A stretch of 64,000 bases of DNA, taken from positions 1,268,498 to 1,332,497 of the forward strand of contig NW_003526944.1 in NCBI RefSeq assembly GCF_000181795.1, read 5' to 3'. The position numbers were made by a program, and so were the translations under genes. Below, piece by piece: positions 52,813 to 64,000 of this stretch. This DNA comes from Trichinella spiralis (Eukaryota). The notes under the pieces were generated by a model. The model was not told the DNA's origin, searched no databases, and saw only the letters and a list, made by a program, of their open reading frames with translations. Position 1 is the first letter of the stretch. Each line of letters begins with the position of its first letter.

Positions 52813-54957
52813 TTCAACAGATGACAAAACGATGGATAGAAATGAATTTTGAAGTTGATTATCAGTCACGTTTCTGACGTTGATGCAAATGGTCGTACAG
52901 TAACGTGAAGTTGAAAAAAAAAGAAAAGAACATTTCGTCTGACAACGACAAAAATGTGAAAAACAACAGGTAAGCATTTGTTGAATTATTATTATTATTA
53001 TTATTATTATGGTTTTGATTCCATTTGTGCTTAAATTGTAATATTTCTTTTTTTTTGCATGCTAATTTTACAATTTGCCCATGATTGAACGAGATGCACA
53101 TGGAAAAAATTAGACGCGTAAAACGAACCAAAAACATTTTCTCCTCTGCAGTACTAGTTTTTGTTGTTGTTCTCGGTGGTGGTGGTGTCTCGATAGTAAA
53201 ATGTTGCAAACGTACTTTATGCAGATTTTTTTTCCAATGACGATAAATGAGAGAAAAAGTTATTTATTTTTGAAGTTGAAATAGTTTTTTCTTTTGATTG
53301 TTTGTGATTTAATATTAATATTATTAACAGTAACTTCAAAAAAAAAGTTGTTGGATTGATTTGAATTTATTCTTTTTAACGAAAAGGATCAAATTGATCT
53401 CGCGGATTGGTCGGTTTGTGTTGTGGTGGTGAAATTTGGAAAATGTCAATTGCTGTTAATTTGTTGAACGAAATTCGAATGCCTCGTGTGTTTTTCACCG
53501 TTTCAAAAATAGATTCAACAGTGAAAGCGAATGATAATAATAGAAATAATTATAATTATACAAATAAGCAGCAATGTCAGCGCGAGTCACTTTTGAGAAT
53601 TGGCCAAAAATACTTAATGCAACAATAATGAATAATGCAAATTTAATTCAATCTTGTTGATGATAATCGGTGCTGGTTGGTTGGTGGGAGCAATTTAATT
53701 TCATTTTATATATGCGATGCTTCTTCTTCTTCTTCTTCTTCTTGGAATGTTGTTTTTTATTCTATTTTATTTTGACTATTATGATTATTGATTTTCCAAT
53801 TTATAATCTATTTTAAAACAATTGAATTTCGACCATAATGCAATTGTCGACAATTTTCCATTGGCACCACGCGCACACCTTGGCTCAGCCATTGTTCATT
53901 TTATATTGAATTTCTCTTTTGCCCAACAATTCGAATAAATAATTTCTTTTCTAAGAATATTTTCGATACACGTCGAGAGCATGATTTTATTTTTCACTTT
54001 CGACCTTATCTCAATTGCGTGCTCTTCTTGTTCGATCTCCCCCCCCCACCAAATTGTGGCCTATTTTTCACGACGTACAAAATTTGCATATTTTTTTTGA
54101 TCCAACAAACAATGAACAATTTTCACTTCATCATTTTCCATTGATAAACTGTTATTGGAAACGATATTTCGGGGGGTTTATAAGTATAATACGACTTTTT
54201 TCTGTGAACATTGAGACGCGTAAAACGAACGAAAAAAAAACCGCGGTTCTCATTTTCTCCTTCATCTACAGTATCGGTTTTTGTTTTGTTTTGTTTGTTG
54301 TTGTTAATGGAATTTTTTGATTTGAAATTTTTCCTTTTCTACTTTTGACCTTGTTGACCTTTTTTGACCCAAGTGGTCTGAAATATAAAGAATCAAATTT
54401 GCATATTTCCATTGTTTGCTTTGCAAGAGGGCAGTGGGCAAATGTAAATTACTTACAACCTGTTCACAGCACCTTTAAATGCTTAATTACGAAATTGAAG
54501 CCTCTCATCGGATGATCGATTTGTTCGGGGACAAAATTTCCCTATTACAATCAATGCACGAACAGTTGGATGGAGATGGATAAAAAGAGATGAAACAACT
54601 GAACTGTTGTTGTTTATTTTTATTTTTTATTAATTAGCTATATGTATATTTTTTTAATTTTCACCTATTGTTATTAGTTTATAGCTATTTGAAAAAGTGA
54701 TGCATTTTATTTTTTTTTTGTAAATTGCATCGGTAGCATATTTTTGTCAATTTTTTTTCAAATTTGTCCAAATCAACTTTAAAAAAGATTATTAGTTTAT
54801 TATTATTATTATGGTGATTTGATTTCAGTTGGTCCAGAAAATTTGATTTTTGCAAATTTTTTAAAGTTCACTTTCAATTTGAATAGAATTGTAAAAAAAA
54901 GAAAACTATTTTCCCCTAATTTTTGAAAATTATTATTTCCTAGTGTGAAAAGGCGAA
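52305..54957 (+). repeat. Near-identical duplicate of ~49664-52294 (includes an indel-ridden copy of the last GMPS exon)
   Basis: Direct repeat beginning right after the N gap at 52295-52304. Differences are mainly SNPs and microsatellite lengths. Confidence 0.93.
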
Positions 54958-55818
54958 ATGGCAAAATTTTTTATTTGTACTCTTGTTTCGCTTAATGGTG
55001 ATAAATTTCAAGGCAATTTTAAAAATTGCTCATGTAATTGGTATAAAGTGTTGTTTATCCAAATGATCGATGTTTGGTCGAAATGGTTGATAGAAGTTGA
55101 AAGCAAATATTTGAATTGAGCGATGTGGATTAAACGAAGAAGAAAATGTTTTTTTTGGAGGGATATTTTAATAATGTTTACAAAATGATTAGCATTTTGA
55201 CCTTGTTGTTGTTGTTGATGTGTGAAGCGCTACCACTACTACTACTACTGTTGCATAAAAATAGGTCCAATGTACAATAGAGATGATATGTTTTCTAATG
55301 CGGTATTGATTTCGATAAAAATTCCTTACTACACTTCAGCTTTTTCGAACGTATACTATCAATTAATTATGCTGAAACCAATGTATGAAAATTGATCGAG
55401 AAAATTTGCCTATCAATATTGTTTGATTTTAATTATATTTTTTTTGCATTATTATTATTTGTTGTTGTTGTTGTGGTTGATTCAGTAAAAAATTTGTAAA
55501 GTAGAAGAAGAAGAAGCTTAAGCGGGGGAGGGAGCTCAGCTTGGTGATTCGTATAGTCGAGTTGGTGTGGAATAAAAGAGCCAATGGTGTGGAAGAGCTG
55601 ACGCATAGTCGTTCAGAGAGAGAGAGTTAGTTAGTTTTAGTTGGCTCGTCTTAGCTGTTCAACGTGAAAGTCGCTCGCTTGTATGCTGGCGACCTTGTCG
55701 TCTCGTTTGGAACTTAATTAAAATTTCCATTGCACTCACTGGGCATATTGAGTAGTTTGTGGCAAAAAAAAATAAATTATCCAACTTTTCCAAGCAAACT
55801 ATATAATTTGCAACGATC

Positions 55819-56246
55819 ATGATGATGATGGCGATGAACCGCAGGTTATTTTCCATGTTGGTTCTGTTGGGTGTGGTCATGGTGGGCTTCAGCGAATTGC
55901 AAGTGGTATAGATCGAAAATACAGTACGGATATTTGTTTGATCTGATCATTTCAGGCACCTCTGCTTGAAAATGAATACGATTTATCGTCGTCGTCGTCG
56001 TCGTCATCTTGGCCAGGTTTGGCAAAGTCGTTCAAAATTCTCTATTCCAACGATAATTCCAACATGGTTCCAAACCAATTGTGGACCATTGTCGATCGTA
56101 GGAGTGTGCCGTTTTTCGGCGTTCGAGGTAAGAAGGTTCCATTTTTTGGCGCCAGAGGAAAACGACTGCGACCGGTGGTGATTGGCGCTGGCGAAGACGA
56201 GCGTTACAAAAAGTTGTCGATGGACTTTTTCGGACCGCGCGGTTGA
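55819..56246 (+). CDS. Tachykinin-related neuropeptide precursor (FxGxR-amide), 2 exons
   Basis: Exon 1 (55819-55905) encodes a signal peptide (RRLFSMLVLLGVVMVGFS). A 50-nt GT-AG intron follows. Exon 2 reads RR-SVPFFGVRG-KK-VPFFGARG-KR...KK-LSMDFFGPRG*. Confidence 0.9.
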
Positions 56247-56647
56247 CCATGCTTTAGGCTGGCATGTGGACATTGGTCATTCTATACAGTTGCATACGTA
56301 TTTATTTCTATTCTTTTTTGCCATCAACTTTGTGGTATAAAAAATTTTCTTTTCACCGGCTCTAGGCGACTGACAATATTCACTTACCAATTTGCTACTA
56401 TCTGATTCATCTGACTCGGTTTCAGATCTTTTTTTCTTCGTTGTTCTTGTATAATTTTTATTTTTTTCAAAAAAATATAATGTGTCCACACTGACAATCC
56501 ACCCGGATGGATGCGTGCATTTATTATCAAAAGTTGTGCGCCTTTTTTCTTTTTGTTTTATTTTTTTTAAAAAAATTTCTCTGCTTGTCTCGTTTTTGAA
56601 TTTTCCAAAATTTTCGTTCCCTTCACTTCGTTTAAAANNNNNNNNNN

Positions 56648-59413
56648 ACCACGCGCACACCTTGGCTCAGCCATTATTCATTTTATATTGAATTTCTCTT
56701 TTGCCCAACAATTCGAATAAATAATTTCTTTTCTAAGAATATTTTCAATACACGTCGAGAGCATGATTTTATTTTTCACTTTCGACCTTATCTCAATTGC
56801 GTGCTCTTCTTGTTCGATCTCCCCCCCCCCCCCACCAAATTGTGGCCTATTTTTCACGACGTACAAAATTTGCATATTTTTTTTGATCCAACAAACAATG
56901 AACAATTTTCACTTCATCATTTCCCATTGATAAATTGTTATTGGAAACGATATTTCGGGGGGTTTATAAGTATAATACGACTTTTTTCTGTGAACATTGA
57001 AACGCGTAAAACGAACGAAAAAAAAACCGCATTTTTCTTATTCATCTACAGTATCGGTTTTTGTTTTGTTTTGTTTGTTGTTGTTAATGGAATTTTTTGA
57101 TTTGAAATTTTTCCTTTTCTACTTTTGACCTTGTTGACCTTTTTTGACCCAAGTGGTCTGAAATATAAAGAATCAAATTTGCATATTTCCATTGTTTGCT
57201 TTGCAAGAGGGCAGTGGGCAAATGTAAATTACTTATAACCTGTTCACAGCACCTTTAAATGCTTAATTACGAAATTGAAGCCTCTCATCGGATGATCGAT
57301 TTGTTCGGGGACAAAATTTCCCTATTACAATCAATGCACGAACAGTTGGATGGAGATGGATAAAAAGAGATGAAACAACTGAACTGTTGTTGTTTATTTT
57401 TATTTTTTATTAATTAGCTTTATGTATATTTTTTTAATTTTTACCTATTGTTATTAGTTTATAGCTATTTGAAAAAGTGATGCATTTTATTTTTTTTTGT
57501 AAATTGTATCGGTAGCATATTTTTGTCAATTTTTTTTCAAATTTGTCCAAATCAACTTTAAAAAAGATTATTAGTTTATTATTATTATTATGGTGATTTG
57601 ATTTCAGTTGGTCTAGAAAATTTGATTTTTGCAAATTTTTTAAAGTTCACTTTCAATTTGAATAGAATTGTAAAAAAAAGAAAACTATTTTCCCCTAATT
57701 TTTGAAAATTATTATTTCCTAGTGTGAAAAGGCGAAATGGCAAAATTTTTTATTTGTACTCTTGTTTCGCTTAATGGTGATAAATTTCAAGGCAATTTTA
57801 AAAATTGCCCATGTAATTGGTATAAAGTGTTGTTTATCCAAATGATCGATGTTTGGTCGAAATGGTTGATAGAAGTTGAAAGCAAATATTTGAATTGTCG
57901 ATGTGGATTAAACGAAGAAGAAAATGTTTTTTTTTTGGGGTGGGGGGATATTTTAATAATGTTTACAAAATGATTAGCATTTTGACCTTGTTGTTGTTGT
58001 TGTTGCGTGAAGCGCTACCACTACTACTACTGTTGCATAAAAATAGGTCCAATGTACAATAGAGATGATATGTTTTCTAATGCGGTATTGATTTCGATAA
58101 AAATTCCTTACTACACTTCAGCTTTTTCGAACGTATACTATCAATTAATTATGCTGAAACCAATGTATGAAAATTGATCGAGAAAATTTGCTTATCAATA
58201 TTGTTTGATTTTAATTATATTTTTTTGCATTATTATTATTATTTGTTGTTGTTGTTGTGGTTGATTCAGTAAAAAATTTGTAAAGTAGAAGAAGAAGAAG
58301 AAGAAGCTTAAGCGGGGGAGGGAGCTCAGCTTGGTGATTCGTATAGTCGAGTTGGTGTGGAATAAAAGAGCCAATGGTGTGGAAGAGCTGACGCATAGTC
58401 GTTCAGAGAGAGAGAGTTAGTTAGTTTTAGTTGGCTCGTCTTAGCTGTTCAACGTGAAAGTCGCTCGCTTGTATGCTGGCGACCTTGTCGTCTCGTTTGG
58501 AACTTAATTAAAATTTCCATTGCACTCACTGGGCATATTGAGTAGTTTGTGGCAAAAAAAAATAAATTATCCAACTTTTCCAAGCAAACTATATAATTTG
58601 CAACGATCATGATGATGATGGCGATGAACCGCAGGTTATTTTCCATGTTGGTTCTGTTGGGTGTGGTCATGGTGGGCTTCAGCGAATTGCAAGTGGTATA
58701 GATCGAAAATACAGTACGGATATTTGTTTGATCTGATCATTTCAGGCACCTCTGCTTGAAAATGAATACGATTTATCGTCGTCGTCGTCGTCGTCATCTT
58801 GGCCAGGTTTGGCAAAGTCGTTCAAAATTCTCTATTCCAACGATAATTCCAACATGGTTCCAAACCAATTGTGGACCATTGTCGATCGTAGGAGTGTGCC
58901 GTTTTTCGGCGTTCGAGGTAAGAAGGTTCCATTTTTTGGCGCCAGAGGAAAACGACTGCGACCGGTGGTGATTGGCGCTGGCGAAGACGAGCGTTACAAA
59001 AAGTTGTCGATGGACTTTTTCGGACCGCGCGGTTGACCATGCTTTAGGCTGGCATGTGGACATTGGTCATTCTATACAGTTGCATACGTATTTATTTCTA
59101 TTCTTTTTTGCCATCAACTTTGTGGTATAAAAAATTTTCTTTTCACCGGCTCTAGGCGACTGACAATATTCACTTACCAATTTGCTACTATCTGATTCAT
59201 CTGACTCGGTTTCAGATCTTTTTTTCTTCGTTGTTCTTGTATAATTTTTATTTTTTTCAAAAAATATAATGTGTCCACACTGACAATCCACCGGATGGAT
59301 GCGTGCATTATTATCAAAAGTTGTGCGCTTTTTCTTTTGTTTTATTTTTTAAAAATTTCTCTGCTTTGTCTCGTTTTTAATTTTCAAAATTTTCTTCCTT
59401 CACTTCGTTTAAA
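56648..59413 (+). repeat. Near-identical duplicate of 53866-56637
   Basis: Direct repeat starting right after the N gap at 56638-56647. It is the third copy of the 51206-52294 segment. Confidence 0.93.
58609..59036 (+). CDS. Second identical copy of the tachykinin-related precursor (possibly allelic or artefactual)
   Basis: The coding sequence appears identical to 55819-56246 at offset 2790. Confidence 0.75.
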
Positions 59414-60830
59414 ATGTTTTTTCCTCTCTTTCTTCACCTGTGAATATTTCAGTCGTCTTCTTCTTTTTTCACTATATATGTATGTTGTTTTTTATTATCC
59501 TGGTCATTGATTGATTGATCAACAATCACCGACAATAAATAATATGTGGTCAGTGGAAAATTTGATAATCTCACCTGTGGTGGTGGTTGGTAATTTTTTA
59601 GAAAAATTTTCAAATGCAATTTGTAAAAAAATTGATAGTTTTTCATTATCAAAAAAAGGTAGAGAGAGAGAGAGAGAATATTTATTGTAAATTAATTATT
59701 CGCTATTCACGTTGGAAAGTGGAGAATAATTTTCATTTTACATTTGCATAACAAACAACCTCTAACGTGCAGTGATCAATGAGGTAATGTTGTTTTTGTT
59801 TTCAATTTTTTCTGAAACGATTTTTATTAACGAACTTCTATTGCTCGACATTGAATTATTAGATGAGCTTTTCCTTTTTCTCTTGGGCGATTTCACAGAG
59901 CACAATTGCGCTTGATCATCCACTTCTAGTTCGCCATGCGCGAAATGCGACCGCATTAACGCTCGAACACACCCGAACAATTATCATCCATCATCATTGA
60001 AATTAGCATTTATTATCTGTTATTATTATATGTATATATATATATATTTATTTTTTTTTTGAAAAAAAAGGAAGAAAAGTCGAAATGTCGAAAAAGAAAA
60101 AAATTACAGTAATCTGAAACGAACACGTCATGCAAAATCTAGTTTGAAATATTTTCGTTAAAATGTTACTTTTTATTATATGACAAGCTTTTTTTTTAAA
60201 TTGTGAAAATTATTTATTAATATTAATTTATCAGTTTTGCAGTATTTATTTAAATTATTTAGTTATTTTTTATTAGTCGAACTTTTGAAAGTAGAAAAAA
60301 AAGATGGGTTAAAATTGGAATTGTTTGTATGGTTTTTTTGACAGTTTTTAAACAGCATGTTATTTTTTTATCTTTTTTCTTCAAATTCAAGTACAATTCA
60401 AAATAATAATTTAATAAATTAATAAATATTGTTTGTTGTTATGAATAAATATGTGCAAGCAGCGTCAATTGGAAAGCGTTGAATGAATGATGTCGTTTGA
60501 TTAGGTTGATTTGAATATTTTCTTCTATGTATTACGTACGTGCGTGAGTGCGTGGGTGGGCGGGTAGGTGGGTCGAATACAGTTACAGTAAATTTTCAAT
60601 TGAACACTGGGAAGGTGGAAGAGAAAGAAAATGGGGAAAATTTTTTTCTCTTTCATCTGAACAGGCTTCTTCTTTTGAATTATTATTTGAATTTTCAAAA
60701 ATTTCCATTTTTTCTACTTTCAACCGTAAATTTTTGTTTTTTTTTCGTCCAATTTGAGCAGATTATTTTTGTTTTATTTTCTTTGCGATCAACTTTTTGT
60801 TTTCTACTGTTTTATTCAACTTGTCGTTCA

Positions 60831-60866
<36 letters not shown>

Positions 60867-63800
60867 GCAGAACATGTTGAGTTTGCTTAGCTTAGATTAG
60901 CTGAAATGAATGAATAGTTGACCAGATTTTTGCGTGACCATCTCTGATCACACGCGAAGCAATGCAAATTTTTTCCCGTCATTGGCCGACAGAACTAAAC
61001 TGAACTGAACTGAACTTCACCGATAGTCGTTGATATTATATTTATTATTCGAAATGAAGCACTGTACTCTGTTTTTCTCTCATTTATGGAAACCCTATAA
61101 AACATGGCTTAAATTTGCACAATTTATCTGCATATTTATGCAAATTTAATTCATAATAACATTGATATTCATTGTAAAATTGTAAAAGACGAGAAATTGT
61201 GTGCATTTTCAACATCTTCGTCATTTCCACTTTGGGCAAATTAATTTGAAAAGTTAACATGCAATTTGAATGCATAATTGAAATTGCAAATCGCGAAAAC
61301 TAACAACGTGACCTTCATTAAATTTTCATTTCATCTTTGACAAATGGTTTCCGCTCAGTTTAGCCAACTGTTGCTCTTGTTGTTATTGTGTTGTTGTTGT
61401 TTACAGCTAATTACTTTCTTCATATGTGAGAATCAATCGAGTTATGATTTTTAATTTTTATTCAAATTTCACGATTAATTTTCATAATCAATATAATAAA
61501 TTTAATGCATTTTTTAAAATAGCTGATGACGTTGAAAGAAAGAGCACGTTGAATCGCCGCAAAAGCTGATCTGCGCAATAGCAAATTCAACTTTGTATAT
61601 ATTTTCTGTTTTCAATTTATTTTATTGTCTGTCGTCAAGTTGTAACTTTTAAAATGAAAATTTTCCATCATCATCATCATCATCACATTTGATTTTCTTT
61701 CGACAATATGTATACATTCAAGCGAAGCGAATTCGAACGGCAGCGCTGTTGTATGCAAATTTTTTCTCCCCTTCGTTTTCTCTTTCGTGATTGGTGTCGT
61801 TTTTTCTTTGCCAATCTACGATCAATTATTGTTATTAGTATTTTTTGCGATTGGATTTGCAAGTTCAAATTGAAAAGTGGAACAACAATAAATAAATAAA
61901 TAAATAAATAAATAAATCCACTGCTACCATCGTCGATTTTTTGTAAAAATTTCTTCTCTCAGGGCGGATTGATTCACTTTCAAGCCGTCGAATAAACAAA
62001 TTCGGTCGAATCCGCTTCAACGAATCGACCAAATTATTATTCACCGTCGACTTTTCTCGACCTTTCAGGCAATTCATCCATCCATCTTCATCGTCATTCT
62101 TCTCTGGGTAAATATTTATTTGCAAAATTAACAAACCAACTTGGAAAAATCTTTTCACATGGTGGTGATATATATATATATATTTTTTACTTTTTGTCAA
62201 AATTGATTCACCCATATAATTTGCTTATTAATATTTTTTTCTTCATTCATCATCCCATTGATATTCATTTCTCTTCTCGTACAAGTTGGCCATTTTGCCC
62301 CAACAAAAAACCAAATATGAATTTTTTTTATTTTTTACAACATTGTGATTTATATTCGCATCATATTTTACAAGCATTTGTGTTTACAAGTACAATGCAA
62401 CAATTTGAGGTTGTTCCTTTTCGGTTGGTTCAGTGAAGAAAGAAAATTTGTTGGATGGATGCTTTGATGTCAATCAACAACATTTTGAATGCAATATGCA
62501 GTTAGTTTTATGTCAAGTTTGAAGAAAGATGCTAATTAATTAATAATATTTGCCTCAAATGTTTTCGTTTAATGTATATATATTATTCAGAATTATTAAT
62601 GAATGATCTTTGACATTTTTGCAAACGATCAGATAAAGCAGAAGTTGGAAAATTTGAAAAAGAATAAGAAGAAGCAGTGCTTGATTTCAAATTTCTGACG
62701 TAACAGTGGAACAATAAGATTGCAGACTACTGCAAACAAAAATCACATACATGCATGCCGTTTGCCCACTTTGGCGATGCTTTTCATCAAACGAGACTGC
62801 TATATATTTATTTTTCATATTGTTTCTGAAATTCGAACTTTCTTCTTTGCAATTTCTTTGCTTCATTAATAATTATTCTTCAACATATCCAAATTTATTA
62901 TTTGTTGATCATCTTGAACAAAACGTTTATTAATTTAATAATCGATTGATTTCTATGAACATTGAATTGGTGATTTTTGTTTCAGCATTTTTCTCAAAGA
63001 ATTAAAAATTGAAATAGAATATATATTTTTTTCGACCATTGTAATATTTAATTATAGACGACACAAAGTGGACAAATGCTGTTGGTAATTTAATAATTGT
63101 TCAGCTCGTTTGCGGCTGAATCACCTCTTGGTGACAGAGTGTGACAGCTATGGCGTATCGTGTTCAGTTTACCAAGGTGGCAGATGTTTCAACTTCAGCT
63201 TAAGGTGGTGTTTTCTGCGTAAGCAGCTTTATCAGTCGCTTTCAGCTAAACAACAGCTAGGCGACCTGTGACTGTATTATTATTCTTATTATTCATCATC
63301 GTTGCTTGAACTCCACTTAGCATCCGCTTTTCCTTACACCAAGGCCTGTTTTTTGTCCTTGCCCAAACTTGAACCATACAAATAATGGCTTTTGTGTGTT
63401 GTCCGATTTGCCGGACTGACCGTTGATTGTTGTCGACACACCTATTTACATCTTTCGTTTGTTCGTCACTTCAATCCCCAAAGACGTTGCTGCGGAAATA
63501 AAAGCGAACTGCTTACTGTACATCTTACTTTTTCTCTTCAAATTCTTTTCACCATTTCAAATTATTGGAAATATACACAAATTTCAATTTTAATATCTGT
63601 ACGTCAATACTATATTACTTATTGGTGGCCATGTTGTTCAGCAAATTCATTTTCTCCATATCATTGATTTACTTGGCTGTGTCAATTCTTGGCGATGATT
63701 CATCTCTTCGGACAATTCGAAACAGTGAGCAATTTACATACATATACATGTATATGTTTTCAATATAATTAGCATATTTTGTTTCAAGATAATAATAATT

Positions 63801-64000
63801 TTCTGACTATATTTAATCAAATTTATTTTTTTTGTCACTTGTCAGATTTTTTCACTTTTTGTTGGACACTGTTTTACTGTTGAAAATATTTATATTACTG
63901 ATATTTGAAAATTTTAAAGTTTAACTGATGTCAAAAAAACGTGTTATAATGACCTTTTTGAACATTTCCATCTCTCTCTCTCTCTCTCTCTCTGTCTTTA

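Noticed and set aside
59762..62436. Short ORFs at 59762-59980, 61708-61899 and 61865-62215
   Set aside because: They have no recognisable domains or coherent exon chain, and some overlap microsatellites.

Overview
AT-rich eukaryotic genomic DNA with 50-70 nt introns and (T)TTTCAG acceptors. It is most likely a nematode, and by inference a clade I Trichinella-like draft scaffold, with four 10-N gaps. Positions 1-16.5 kb are gene-poor. They hold a ~10 kb degenerate inverted-repeat structure (~3.4-13.8 kb) whose arms carry octamer/AP-2-like promoter-like modules pointing inward. Its core contains a 224-bp tandem dimer, a 66-nt hairpin near the symmetry axis, a decayed RLE non-LTR retrotransposon fragment and an 18S rRNA fragment. 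Positions 17-50 kb are gene-dense: an intronless Srsx-like GPCR, WWOX, an ACR-16/alpha7-like nAChR alpha subunit, cullin-3, mL53, PPP4R2, a DDAH homologue lacking catalytic residues, a Rac with an unusual Cys/His tail, a five-finger odd-skipped factor, and GMP synthase. The GMP synthase is interrupted by a gap-bounded PAN-ZP gene. Positions 50-59.4 kb are gap-bounded near-identical duplications, probably haplotype artefacts, that carry a canonical FxGxR-amide tachykinin precursor twice. All homology calls come from recalled family motifs, not database searches.
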